Part shown: one piece after another, positions 20,317-30,582 of the stretch
Position numbering within the stretch: position 1 is the first letter of the stretch
Layout: the number at the start of each line of letters is the position of its first letter
Assembly (NCBI GenBank): GCA_963797555.1
Contig: CAWCPV010000007.1
Location: forward strand, 96,001 to 160,000
DNA length: 64,000 nucleotides
Source: an uncultured Gammaproteobacteria bacterium
Lineage (GTDB): Bacteria > Pseudomonadota > Gammaproteobacteria > CAWCPV01
Direction: 5' to 3'
Notes under the pieces: generated by a model
What the model was told of the DNA's origin: nothing
What the model saw: only the letters and a program-made list of their open reading frames with translations
The model's database searches: none
Program-made: the position numbers and the translations under genes

Positions 20317-23300
20317 TCAGTATTCAAACTCATATATGAGCCCGACGCTACTCCCACCGGAATTGGTGGCGCCTGAGGACGAGCCGGTTCCGACGGTGCT
20401 TTCCAGCTTCAGCCCCTTGGCCAGATCGATCTGAACCGTGGCCTGGGTACCGGTCCTGCCGCTACCCCCGCTGACCGACAGGCGGCTGAGGCCGAGGCTT
20501 TTGCGTATGCTCTCCAGGGGGTTGCCGATGCCGGAAGTGACTCCGGTCAGCGAGGCTGCGGCAGCGGCGATCTGGGCCAGCTCGAGTGGGCCCAGCGAGG
20601 AAATGCCGCGGCCGAACAGCAGGTGGGCGAGCACCTCGTCCTGGGGCAGATCGGGTACGCTGCTGAGCGTGATCTTGGGCTTCTGGGCGGTGCCGCTAAC
20701 GGTGAGGGTCGCGGTGACGTTGCCGCTGGTGGCGCTGGCGACGAAATTCAGGGAGGGGTCGGTCAGGCTGCCCCCGTTGAAGCTGACCACACCCTTGCTG
20801 AAGGTCAGGGTCTGGCCCACCAGGCGGAATTCACCGCGCAGCATCTCGAAGCTGCCGTCTGGCTGCGGGTTGGCCGTGGTGCCGTGCACCCGAACCGTAC
20901 CGCCCAGCTCGGTGTCCAGCCCGCGGCCGCGCACGAAGATTTCGCGGGCAGCCTTGATGGTGAGATTCAGCGCGATCCTCGGCCCAGGCGTGGCGGGCGG
21001 GGGCGGCGGAGCACCGGGCGTGCGCACATTGAGCACGGCGATGCTGGTGGGCAGGTGCTCGGGGATGGCGATCTCCGCGCGATGGATGCGGAGGGTGCCG
21101 GCGGCCGTAAGTCGTCGTGCGGCCTCGCCGCGCAGTGTGAGGTCGGCATCCAGCTTTACGGTCAGCCGGTCGCTGGCCAGTGGCCGCGCGTTGCGGGCGG
21201 TGATGCTCAGATCGACCGGCATGCCTGGCGCCAGCACGCCGATGGTGCCGCTGGCGGTAATGGTGCCCGGGCCGGCGCGGCCCTCGAGCCGGGTGATGCG
21301 GATGGTGTCGCCGTCCACCTGGAGCAGGGCCGTGAGGTGGGTGATATGGGCGCCCTGCGCGAAGTCCTGCACCTCGCCATCGGCGACCTGGACGGTGCCG
21401 GTGACGCGCGGCGCGCTCAGGCTTCCGGCGATGTCGGCGTTCAGCGTCATCTGTCCGCGCACGCGGCGTCCGCCGGCGGCCAGAAACGGGTCGAGCATCG
21501 CCAACTTCGCCGATCCTTCGGCGTGGAGGGCGATCGGGCCGGACCGGTTGAGCGACGTTTGGCCGGTCAGTGTGAGGCGCGTCGAATCCGCGGTCAGCCG
21601 ACTGTCAATCTGTGCCGATTCGCCGCTCAGGTGGGCAGTCGCGATCAGGTCCGCGGGCGGCAGGGTGCGGCCCGGACCCACGCGCAGGCCTTTCGCCTCG
21701 ACCTTCACCGTCCCGTCCAGGCGCGCCGGGGTGCCGGTCAGCCTCGCGTCCGCCCGCAACGTGCCGTCTGCGGCGAGACCCGGGGCGAACAAGGCGGCGA
21801 GATCGGCCGGGACGTTGCGCAATGCGACGCTCAGATCGAGCGTGGGCGCCGCACGCCCCGCTACCTCCAGCACCGCCTTCCGCAAGCCTAGCCGCAGCCG
21901 GTCCAACGTGATGCCTGCGCCGAAACCGACGCGCACCGGCGAGAGCAGGCGCAGCGTCTCACCCTTCCAACTCGCCTGGAGTGCGGAGACGGCGACATTC
22001 TTGGCCGGGGCATCGAGGGTCGCGGCGCTGGTCAGCCGTGCCTCCGCGCCCGCCAGATTCTGCGCCGCGGCGGACAGACGCAGGTGGAGTGCCTCCCCAG
22101 GCCCGGCCACCTCCAGCCGCGCGGAGCCGATGATCCCGCCCGCCGAGATGGCGTCCAGCGTGAGTCGGCCGTCGGTCACGGGGTGCGTGGTGGGATCTAC
22201 GACAGTGGCGGCCAGTGTGACGTGCCCGACCGAGGCGGTTCCGTCCAGCGCGGCGTTGCGCGCATCGAGATCGAGGTGCACCTGTTGGCGGCCGTTCTGG
22301 GCCGTCATTTTCAGGGCCGCAGTGACGGAGCCGGACAGGGGCCGGCCGACCAGCCGCCGCAGGTCCTCCAGCCGGGTCAGGCGAAGATCGACTTTCCCGA
22401 CCGGAAGATCGGCGCCCTTTGGCAGTGTCAGTGCACCCTCCGCATGGGCGCTCTTCCAGTCAGCGCGGCGGATGGCGACGTGCAGAACGCTGTCCGCGCT
22501 GCGCTGCGCGGCGAGCGCGAGTTCGAGCGGCGATCCGTCCAGCACGCCCTGCGCCGTCAGCTCGCCGGAAGGCGCCCCGGGCAGGCCCCGTGCCCGGAGC
22601 TTCAATGTGATCGGGCCCCGCGGCATGCCCTTCGTCGCCACCTCGCCGTTCGCAACGGCGGTAACGGCAAGGTCGTCCTGCGGTCCGGCGATATGGCCCT
22701 GCGCGGAAAACCGTCCGGAAACCTTCGGCGTGACTGCTGCGAGATCGGACAGCGCAACTTTCCACTTCAGGTCCGCAACACGGCTGGTGACTCCGCCACT
22801 GGCCGACAGCGTCAGCGTTCTCCCGTCGAGCTGCAGGCGGGAGAGCGCGATGTCCTGGCCGTGCCGGGCGATGGAGACGGCGATCCCGAACTTGGCGGCG
22901 CCGCCGACCAGTGCCGGCAACGGCGCCGTGCCCCCGGTGACGCCGAGCTTTCCGTCCACTTCCAGCCGGGTGGTGTCGCCCCGCAGGGCCGCGCGCGCGA
23001 TCAGGGTCGTGTTGCCCTGCACGTCCACTCCGCCTGCCGCCGCGAACGGTGCCAGGTCCGGCAGAGTGAGCGCGGCCTCTCCGTGAATCTCGCCTGCGGT
23101 CTCGGCCTTCCCCTCGACATCGATCAGCGGATGCTTCACGGTAAAGGTAACAGGCCGATGCGGCGCATCCAGCCGGGCGTCGGCCTGAAGCTTCAGCGGC
23201 GCGCCCCGGAGCAGGTCCGGCTGCGGTCCGGGCGCGCGCAGGCCATCGACCTCGGCGTGCAAGCCTACCCGCCCGGTGTCGCCCTGCAACTTCGCAGCGA

Positions 23301-24240
23301 TCCGACGGATGGCAGCGCCAGCGACATCCAGCGCGTCGATCTGCAGCGTGCCATTGGCGGTGGGTTTGGTGAAGGGACCGTGCAACTGCACGTCCAGCGC
23401 CACGGCCTGCCAGGACAGATCCGGCCGCGGCCGCATCGCGGGAGCCGACGCGGTGAGGGTGAGGTCGGCAGCCCGGTGCTCAAGGTCGAGCGTGCCCTGA
23501 GCGGCGGCATGCAGCGGGCCGGCCTCCAGCGCAACCTTCGTATGTACGGCCGAGCGGGGACCGTCGAGAGACGCATCGACCGAGAGCGCGCCCAGCTCGG
23601 GTAGCCTAGCGATACCGGAAATCAGGCCATGCGCCGGCTCCTGCGCGGTCAGGTGCGCGCGCAGCGCAGCCGGGTCCACGCGGCCCCGCAGCCGGTAGTT
23701 CCCCTCTCCATCCAGTCGCCGCACGGAAAGGTCGACATCGCCCTGTCCGAGCGCGGCGAGGTGCGCCGTGCCGTCGATGGCGAGTGCCGCTGCGGTGCCA
23801 GCCACAGGCGCGGCCAGGACCAGCCGGTTCACGCGCAACGCGCGCAAAGCGACGCCGATCGGCAGGGACCGCCTGCCGGTCCGCGGTGCGGAAGGGGCCG
23901 GCAGGCGGTCGACCGCGATCTGCCCCGCCTCCAGCCGGTCGATCTGCGCCACCCCCGCTAACAGGCGGGACGGCGACCAGTCCAACCGTAGGTCATCCAT
24001 CACGAGCCAGGGACCCGCGTGGTCGCGCACCTCGATGCGTCCGGCACGCAGCGAGTCGGGGAAGCGGCCGGCGAGCCCCGTGATGGTCACCTCGCCGCCG
24101 GTGAATTTCGGCACACCCCATTCGATCAACTCGCGTCCGGGCTCGGTATTGGCCGCGATTAGCACCAGTACGGCGAGGAGGATCGGTAGGCCAAGCAGCA
24201 CAGCCGCCGTCCGGACAATCCACCGGGTTCTGCGCCGCAT
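20317..24240 (-). CDS. tamB: Translocation and assembly module TamB (DUF490)
   Basis: N-terminal transmembrane anchor, long beta-taenia, IFVRGRGLDTELGG..LSSVPDLPQDEVLAHLLFG. Confidence 0.92.
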   Translation of the reverse strand: MRRRTRWIVRTAAVLLGLPILLAVLVLIAANTEPGRELIEWGVPKFTGGEVTITGLAGRFPDSLRAGRIEVRDHAGPWLVMDDLRLDWSPSRLLAGVAQIDRLEAGQIAVDRLPAPSAPRTGRRSLPIGVALRALRVNRLVLAAPVAGTAAALAIDGTAHLAALGQGDVDLSVRRLDGEGNYRLRGRVDPAALRAHLTAQEPAHGLISGIARLPELGALSVDASLDGPRSAVHTKVALEAGPLHAAAQGTLDLEHRAADLTLTASAPAMRPRPDLSWQAVALDVQLHGPFTKPTANGTLQIDALDVAGAAIRRIAAKLQGDTGRVGLHAEVDGLRAPGPQPDLLRGAPLKLQADARLDAPHRPVTFTVKHPLIDVEGKAETAGEIHGEAALTLPDLAPFAAAGGVDVQGNTTLIARAALRGDTTRLEVDGKLGVTGGTAPLPALVGGAAKFGIAVSIARHGQDIALSRLQLDGRTLTLSASGGVTSRVADLKWKVALSDLAAVTPKVSGRFSAQGHIAGPQDDLAVTAVANGEVATKGMPRGPITLKLRARGLPGAPSGELTAQGVLDGSPLELALAAQRSADSVLHVAIRRADWKSAHAEGALTLPKGADLPVGKVDLRLTRLEDLRRLVGRPLSGSVTAALKMTAQNGRQQVHLDLDARNAALDGTASVGHVTLAATVVDPTTHPVTDGRLTLDAISAGGIIGSARLEVAGPGEALHLRLSAAAQNLAGAEARLTSAATLDAPAKNVAVSALQASWKGETLRLLSPVRVGFGAGITLDRLRLGLRKAVLEVAGRAAPTLDLSVALRNVPADLAALFAPGLAADGTLRADARLTGTPARLDGTVKVEAKGLRVGPGRTLPPADLIATAHLSGESAQIDSRLTADSTRLTLTGQTSLNRSGPIALHAEGSAKLAMLDPFLAAGGRRVRGQMTLNADIAGSLSAPRVTGTVQVADGEVQDFAQGAHITHLTALLQVDGDTIRITRLEGRAGPGTITASGTIGVLAPGMPVDLSITARNARPLASDRLTVKLDADLTLRGEAARRLTAAGTLRIHRAEIAIPEHLPTSIAVLNVRTPGAPPPPPATPGPRIALNLTIKAAREIFVRGRGLDTELGGTVRVHGTTANPQPDGSFEMLRGEFRLVGQTLTFSKGVVSFNGGSLTDPSLNFVASATSGNVTATLTVSGTAQKPKITLSSVPDLPQDEVLAHLLFGRGISSLGPLELAQIAAAAASLTGVTSGIGNPLESIRKSLGLSRLSVSGGSGRTGTQATVQIDLAKGLKLESTVGTGSSSGATNSGGSSVGLIYEFEY

Positions 24241-26072
24241 CAGAACGCCTGCCCGATGCCGATGTACAGCTCGAACGCATCGCCGCCGGGCTGTCGGTTC
24301 AGCGGAAGGGCCACGTCCAGCCGGATTGGCCCGATCGAGGTGTAGTAGCGCGCGCCCACGCCGGCGCCCGTAGCCCAAATGCCAGCGAACGGCGGTCCGT
24401 CGGCGGTGACTTGGCCCGTATCGACGAAGACGACGGCACCATACTTGTCCAGGATGCGCTGACGGAACTCCACCGTGCCGGCAACGAGCGCGGTGCCGCC
24501 AACGGGGTTGCCGTCGGGGAACTGCGGCCCAATGGACTGATACTTGTACCCGCGCACCGTGGCGCTGCCGCCAGCGTAGAAGCGCTTGTCGGGCGGCAGG
24601 TCGAACTGGCTGGCGCCTTCCGCATCGCCGATCGTGCCGCGCAACGCCAGCACGCTGCGGCCTGGCTCGCCCAGGTTCAGGTAGGCCGAGCCCGAGAGCT
24701 GCATCAGCAGGAAGGTGGTGGTCCGCGGGCCGGCCAGCGGCTGTGTGGGCGTGACCGACGCAGCCGCGCGGATGCCCTGGGTGGGATCGAGCAGGCTGTT
24801 GGTGCTGTCGTATTTCATCGTCAGCGGCAGGCCAACCAGCGTGTAGTCCTGCGTCACCCCCTGCTGCGTGATCCGTTCCTGCTCGACAGCCAGCCCGAAA
24901 CCGCGGCTCCAGTGTTCGGAGAACTTGCGGTTCAGCAGCACATCGGCGGTGGCGGCGGTCTGGTCGTAGGCGTCCAGGCTCTGCTTGATGGCGCCGAGGT
25001 CCCCCTGTAGCGATTGGTCGCGGTGCCGGAAATCCGGTTTGATGAACGTGGCGGCTGCGTTGTAGCCAATCCCGGTCGTGCTGTTGCCGCCGAGGTCGGT
25101 CACCCCCGTCGTCAGATGCAACTGCTCCCCGTTGCCGAACAGGTTGCGGTGTTGCCAGGAGGCGGAAAAGCTCACACCGAGATCGGTAGAATAAGCCGCG
25201 TCCAGGCTCACCGCTCGCCGTCGGCGCTCTGTCACGTCGAACGTGATCGGCAGGCGCCCGTGCGCGTCCAACTTACGCGCGACGCTGACCCGCACGGACG
25301 AAAAGACGCCGATCGAGGCCAAATCCTGCCGAGCCTTCTCGATGGCGCCAGGGCTGAACTGTTCTCCGCGATGGACCAGCAGGCGGCGGCGTACGAAGGA
25401 CTCGTTCACGTGATCCAACCCCTTCACCGTGATGGGGCCCAGGTTCACGCGCGGGCCGGTATCCACCTTGTAGGTGATGTCGAGGGCGTTGGCGCCGGCC
25501 TCCAGGATGGCCACAGGCGGAGCGACCTTCGCCAGCGCGTAACCCTCGTCCCGCAGGGCATTCAGCAGCCGCTCACGCGCTGCCAGCACCTCGGAAGCGA
25601 CCGCCGCGGCCCCGGGTGCGAGGCCGAGCTTGGCGCGCGCCTCCTCAGGCACCGTCCCCTGAATCCGGACCTTGCGCAGACGAAAGAGCGGTCCCGTCTT
25701 GAGCGAGACTGTCACCTTGACCGGCGGGTCGGCCGGAGCATGATCGAGCAGCTCGGACAGGCCCGGGTCATTGAGCGCCCGGCCGGCGATCCGCACTTCC
25801 GCCTTGCCCTTGTAGTAGCCGAAGCTGTGCAAGGCGGTGACGAAGCGGTTGGCATCCTCCTGTGCGCGCCCCACCAGAGCGAACGGGCCCACCGGGGCCT
25901 GCTGGCGCAGGCTAAGGAGCGTGGACGAGTCACTCAGCGCCTGATCCAGCGCGGTGTGACCCGTCTTGTCGATGGTGACGGCGTAAGGCTGTGGGTCGGC
26001 CGCGCGCGCGGCTGGCGCCGCCAGGGCCATTGCGGCGAGCAAGGCGGCGAACCCGCGGCACCGGCGGGACAT
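24240..26072 (-). CDS. tamA: Omp85 family TamA
   Basis: Signal peptide, POTRA domains, RFYAGGSATVRGY..GPIRLDVA..YIGIGQAF. Confidence 0.93.
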   Translation of the reverse strand: MSRRCRGFAALLAAMALAAPAARAADPQPYAVTIDKTGHTALDQALSDSSTLLSLRQQAPVGPFALVGRAQEDANRFVTALHSFGYYKGKAEVRIAGRALNDPGLSELLDHAPADPPVKVTVSLKTGPLFRLRKVRIQGTVPEEARAKLGLAPGAAAVASEVLAARERLLNALRDEGYALAKVAPPVAILEAGANALDITYKVDTGPRVNLGPITVKGLDHVNESFVRRRLLVHRGEQFSPGAIEKARQDLASIGVFSSVRVSVARKLDAHGRLPITFDVTERRRRAVSLDAAYSTDLGVSFSASWQHRNLFGNGEQLHLTTGVTDLGGNSTTGIGYNAAATFIKPDFRHRDQSLQGDLGAIKQSLDAYDQTAATADVLLNRKFSEHWSRGFGLAVEQERITQQGVTQDYTLVGLPLTMKYDSTNSLLDPTQGIRAAASVTPTQPLAGPRTTTFLLMQLSGSAYLNLGEPGRSVLALRGTIGDAEGASQFDLPPDKRFYAGGSATVRGYKYQSIGPQFPDGNPVGGTALVAGTVEFRQRILDKYGAVVFVDTGQVTADGPPFAGIWATGAGVGARYYTSIGPIRLDVALPLNRQPGGDAFELYIGIGQAF

Positions 26073-26749
26073 AGACCGGTCAAGGCGTACCCGGGGTGGT
26101 ACACGGTGCGCACCGGTTCGGTCGGCCGTTGCATCCAGGCAAAGAACGGACCCTCCCTGTGTCGCGTTCATAATAATACGCAGGGAATACTGGCGCGTCA
26201 CGGCGTCGGGCAGCCCCGCAAGCCAGTCGCGAACCCTGACAACGTCAGCCGTTGATGGCTCCCTGCTCTCCATGGTCCTCCTCTCGGCTCCACTGGCCCC
26301 ATCCGTCAAGCCTAGAGCCCGACCGGGGGATTTGGCAACAACGCCGGTTCGATCCGCGTGCGAGGGCGCAGACCTCTTGCAGAAGAGAGATGGGCCGGTG
26401 GCGCTGCCATCGAAAAGTCACTCGCGCGAACTTGAATCCGCTCTTGCGTGAGCTGACCGCCCCGCAGACGTTGCGTCGCATGGCGCGGGGGCGCTCTCAT
26501 ACGTCGCCAAATGTTCGGGCTAGAGCGGCGCGAAGTCGGTCTGGAACGTTTCCAAGATGTTGCCCTCAAAGGAGAAATCTGCTCCTCGTCCTCGGCGGGG
26601 CGGGTTACCATGGGGGGTGGAATGGTCGCCGAGAGCCGCAGACCGCGCATCTTCTTGGGGCCTCCGGCACCCACGACCCCCTGGTCGCGCGTCCGGGTAA
26701 AGCGGCCCGTCAAGCCGAGTGACCCGTGCCAAACATGCGGGAATGAGAG

Positions 26750-27676
26750 ATGATCGATGCAGATGAGCGCCTGTCGGCCTCGGCATCTCTGAACACCGTT
26801 CGCGACTTCATCCGTTGGGGCGCCAGTCTGTTCAACCAGTCCCGGCTCCACTTCGGCCACGGGACGGATAATGCCGTGGACGAGGCGGCCTATCTGGCGG
26901 CTCATGCCCTGTACCTATCGCCGGTCATACCCGACCATCTGTTGGACGCGCGGCTGCTCGACCACGAGAAGACCCGCCTCGCCGGGCTATTCCTCAGACG
27001 CGTGGACGAGCGCGTCCCGGCTGCTTACCTGACCCACGAGGCGTGGTTTGCCGGGCTGTGTTTCTACGTGGATGAACGGGTGCTGGTGCCGCGTTCGCCT
27101 ATCGCGGAGCTGATCGAGCGTGGCTTCGGGCCATGGACGGACGGGCTGGACGTGCGCCGCATCCTCGACGTGGGCACCGGCAGCGGCTGCATCGCCATCG
27201 CATGTGCTCACGCGTTCCCCGCGGCGGTGGTGGATGCAGTGGACATCTCGGCCAGCGCCATCGAGGTCGCGCTCATGAATGTCGAACGCCACGGCCTGCG
27301 CCGCAGGGTGAGGCCCATTACCTCGGACCTGTTCGCTGCCCTGCAGGGGCAATGCTATGATCTGATTGTCAGTAATCCTCCCTACGTTGCGGTTTCCGTC
27401 GTCGAGGATCTTCCCGCAGAATACCGGCACGAGCCCGACGTGGCATTCAATGCAGGGGAGGAGGGACTGGATTACGTAATACGCCTGCTGCGGGAGGCCC
27501 CCGATTACCTCAAGCCCGACGGACTCCTGGTGGTCGAGGTGGGCGCTGGCGCCGAGACCCTGAGTCGGCGATTTCCGCACGTACCGTTCACTTGGGTCGA
27601 GATCGAACGCGGCGGCGAGGGGGTATTTCTGCTGAGCGCTAACGACTTGTTCACTCATCGGCCGCTGTTTTCCTAG
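26750..27676 (+). CDS. prmB: Ribosomal protein L3 N5-glutamine methyltransferase
   Basis: FGHGTDNAVDEA..FYVDERVLVPRSPIAELI..LIVSNPPYV. Confidence 0.96.
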   Translation: MIDADERLSASASLNTVRDFIRWGASLFNQSRLHFGHGTDNAVDEAAYLAAHALYLSPVIPDHLLDARLLDHEKTRLAGLFLRRVDERVPAAYLTHEAWFAGLCFYVDERVLVPRSPIAELIERGFGPWTDGLDVRRILDVGTGSGCIAIACAHAFPAAVVDAVDISASAIEVALMNVERHGLRRRVRPITSDLFAALQGQCYDLIVSNPPYVAVSVVEDLPAEYRHEPDVAFNAGEEGLDYVIRLLREAPDYLKPDGLLVVEVGAGAETLSRRFPHVPFTWVEIERGGEGVFLLSANDLFTHRPLFS

Positions 27677-27685
27677 GGGGTCACT

Positions 27686-28003
27686 GTGCGCCCGCCCGAG
27701 ACAATGGAGGAGTATCAGGACCTGGTGGAGCAGGCGCTGATGGAGGTCGAAGACCTGCGCCGTAGTGCAGAATACGACGAGGGCGAGGAGTGGGGTGAGG
27801 TGTTCGGTTTCCTGGATCCCCTGGAGACGGAGCTGCGGAAGGTGCAACAGTCGATGCTGAATGGCACCTACGAGTTCCGGGACGAGGATCTGCCGTTCAT
27901 GCGCGCCGTCAGCGGCGTGGACCCATTCATGCTGCCGTTCAAGACCCTCTTGGAGACGATCAACCTGACGCACCGCCGGGGCCTTCCGGATGCCGGCCGG
28001 TGA
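27686..28003 (+). CDS. Conserved acidic hypothetical protein
   Basis: Clean 105-aa ORF with an RBS, filling the prmB-hemN gap. Confidence 0.75.
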   Translation: MRPPETMEEYQDLVEQALMEVEDLRRSAEYDEGEEWGEVFGFLDPLETELRKVQQSMLNGTYEFRDEDLPFMRAVSGVDPFMLPFKTLLETINLTHRRGLPDAGR

Positions 28004-28010
28004 GGGAAAT

Positions 28011-29399
28011 ATGGATCAGGGGCTGACCTTCGACGCGGAGCTGATTCGCCGTTACGACAAGGCCGGCCCGCGCTATACGTCGTATCCCACTGCCGTTCAG
28101 TTCCATCAGGGCTTCGGGGAGGCGGCCTATCGGGCGTGGACGGTACGGACCAACGAGGAGGCCGTACTGCGCCCCCTGTCGTTGTATTTTCACCTCCCGT
28201 TCTGCGACACCGTCTGCTATTACTGTGCATGCAACAAGGTGGTCACCAAGGACCGCTCCCGTTCCGGTCCTTATGTCGAGCGTCTCTGCCGGGAGACCGC
28301 CTTGCAGGGCTCGTTGTTCGACCGCTCGCGTTCCGTGGACCAGCTCCACTGGGGAGGCGGTACGCCCACCTTCATCAGCCACGAGGAGATGCGCAGTATC
28401 GTGGCGGTCACGCGGGCGCACTTCAGCCTGCGGGACGACGACACTGGGGAGTATTCCGTGGAGATCGACCCGCGGGAGGTCCGCCCCGACACCTTGGCGC
28501 TGCTGCGCGAGCTGGGGTTCAATCGCGTCAGTCTAGGTGTGCAGGACTTCGACCCTCAGGTGCAGAAGGCCGTCAATCGTCTTCAGTCCGAGGGGCAGAC
28601 GCTCCAGGTCTTGGAGGAGGTGCGCCGCCTGGGCTATCGTTCGGTGAACGTGGATCTCATCTATGGTCTGCCGTTCCAGAGTGTCCGCAGCTTCGGCCGC
28701 ACCCTGGACAAGGTCATAGCCGCATCGCCGGATCGGTTGTCAATCTTCAACTATGCCCATTTGCCAGAGATGTTCAAACCCCAGCGGCGTATTTCTCCCG
28801 AAGACCTCCCAGCGCCCGCCGAAAAACTGGGCATCCTGCAGATGACCATCGAGCGGATGACCGACGCCGGTTACGTCTACATCGGCATGGATCACTTCGC
28901 GAGGCCTGGCGATGAGCTGGCCGTTGCCCAGCGGGAGGGGAAGCTGCACCGCAACTTCCAGGGTTACTCCACACACGCCGACTGCGACCTCGTGGGGATG
29001 GGCGTGACTGCCATCGGCAAGGTGGCCGATGCGTATAGCCAGAACGTCAAGGACCTAGAGACTTACTACCGGCGATTGGACGAGCAGCAACTCCCTGTGC
29101 TCCGGGGTGTCGAGCTCGGCCCGGACGATCGGCTGCGCCGGGAGGTCATCACCCAGCTCATCTGTCATTGGCGCGCGGATATTCCCGAGATCGAAAGGCG
29201 TCATGGTATCGTGTTCGGCGAGTACTTCGCAGAGGAGCTGTCGGATCTGGTGCAGCTGCAGGACGACGGTCTCATCGCACTCTCGGGCGACCAGATTCGG
29301 GTACTTCCGGTCGGCAAGCTGCTGATCAGGAATGTCTGTATGGTCTTCGACCGCTATCTGCGCAAGCAGGCGGAGCAGCGGTTCTCGCGGGTCATCTGA
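28011..29399 (+). CDS. hemN: Oxygen-independent coproporphyrinogen III oxidase
   Basis: GPRYTSYPTA..HLPFCDTVCYYCAC (radical SAM)..HRNFQGYST. Confidence 0.97.
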   Translation: MDQGLTFDAELIRRYDKAGPRYTSYPTAVQFHQGFGEAAYRAWTVRTNEEAVLRPLSLYFHLPFCDTVCYYCACNKVVTKDRSRSGPYVERLCRETALQGSLFDRSRSVDQLHWGGGTPTFISHEEMRSIVAVTRAHFSLRDDDTGEYSVEIDPREVRPDTLALLRELGFNRVSLGVQDFDPQVQKAVNRLQSEGQTLQVLEEVRRLGYRSVNVDLIYGLPFQSVRSFGRTLDKVIAASPDRLSIFNYAHLPEMFKPQRRISPEDLPAPAEKLGILQMTIERMTDAGYVYIGMDHFARPGDELAVAQREGKLHRNFQGYSTHADCDLVGMGVTAIGKVADAYSQNVKDLETYYRRLDEQQLPVLRGVELGPDDRLRREVITQLICHWRADIPEIERRHGIVFGEYFAEELSDLVQLQDDGLIALSGDQIRVLPVGKLLIRNVCMVFDRYLRKQAEQRFSRVI

Positions 29400-29427
29400 T
29401 GCCGTAGGCGGCGATCGCCGCAACATG

Positions 29428-30288
29428 TCAGTGCAGGGCGTTGAACATCCTCGTGCGGTAGCGGCTCACCAAGTCCCCCTTCCCGCCGACAACGTCGAAG
29501 GCGGCAAGCATGGCTTCCCGCGCCTGCTCCCGTTCCGATGGCTCACCACGCAACAGTTCCAGCAACAGATCGAGTGCCCCCTCGTAGTCTCCGGCGAGCA
29601 TTCGGCGGGCGCTGAGTCGATAGCGCAGATGGTGGTCGTCGGGTGATCGCTTGAACTGCGACTCGAGCTGCGCCAGAGCTGGGGCCGCTTGTGCCGTCCG
29701 GGCGAAGGACAGGAGCCCTAGCACCCCCCTGACCTCCGGCCCGTCGCGGGATTCGCGGGGCAAACGCTGAAGCACCTCCTCCGCGTCGTCGTATCGTTCT
29801 TCCGAAATCAGTATCCTGGCAAGATCCGCGGTCGCGCCCGGATTCTGCGGGTCGACTTGGCATGCGTGCTCCAGGAGCCTCCGGGCCTTCGGGAGTTCCC
29901 CCCTCTCCAGGGCGTCGGCGGCCGCTGCACGGAGATGATCCGACTCTCGTGGAATGTGTCGATCCAGGAGCTGTTTGATGACGTGCTCCGGCTGAGCCCC
30001 CATGAATTGCTCCACTACGCTGCCGTTCTTGATCAGCAGGACTGTCGGGAGGCTGCGAACGCTATAACGGCGCGCCAGCTCTTGCTCCTCGTCGGTATTG
30101 ACCTTGGCCAGCAGGAATTTCCCCCGGTAATCGCTCGCCAGCTTGGCCAGGATAGGCATCAGCACTTGGCAGGGGGCGCACCACGCCGCCCAGAAGTCGA
30201 CCAGTACGGGTAGACGCTTGGACTCTTCAAGGACCAGCGTCTCGAACGAATCCCCGCGGGCTTCGCGGATGTGGGGAGAATCAGCCAT
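29428..30288 (-). CDS. cnoX: Thioredoxin-TPR chaperedoxin (YbbN/CnoX)
   Basis: PVLVDFWAAWCAPC..GAQPE followed by TPR helices. Confidence 0.88.
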   Translation of the reverse strand: MADSPHIREARGDSFETLVLEESKRLPVLVDFWAAWCAPCQVLMPILAKLASDYRGKFLLAKVNTDEEQELARRYSVRSLPTVLLIKNGSVVEQFMGAQPEHVIKQLLDRHIPRESDHLRAAAADALERGELPKARRLLEHACQVDPQNPGATADLARILISEERYDDAEEVLQRLPRESRDGPEVRGVLGLLSFARTAQAAPALAQLESQFKRSPDDHHLRYRLSARRMLAGDYEGALDLLLELLRGEPSEREQAREAMLAAFDVVGGKGDLVSRYRTRMFNALH

Positions 30289-30582
30289 GCTGCGCGTCTC
30301 CGGGACAGGAAGGTTGTCGACCCTGGTGCGAATGGTGGGGGCTCGGGCTACGCAGATCAAGGCTCAGAGCTTGTGGAGAAGTCGTCGAGTGCGGTCCCAG
30401 AACAGGTCGCCCGGAGCGCAGCGACGAGACCCATCCAGCAGATAGACCAGGAGCGACCCGATGGCAGGACAGCCATTTGGCACGTCCGCGGGACGCCCCG
30501 AAGGGGTGGCGTACAGGGAAGTACGCCATGAACACCGCGTAACGCCGCCATCGCGACGCGCAGCAGGTTTAGTCACAAGCTC

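Noticed and set aside
20438-23086. Long antisense ORFs (882 aa here; also 36862-38823 and 17106-18782)
   Set aside because: They are shadow frames of tamB, groEL and hom in GC-rich DNA and carry no motifs.
26312-26612. Possible relic of an Smr-domain gene divergent from prmB
   Set aside because: The synteny fits and MVTRPAEDEEQISPLRA is faintly similar, but no Smr motif is recognisable.
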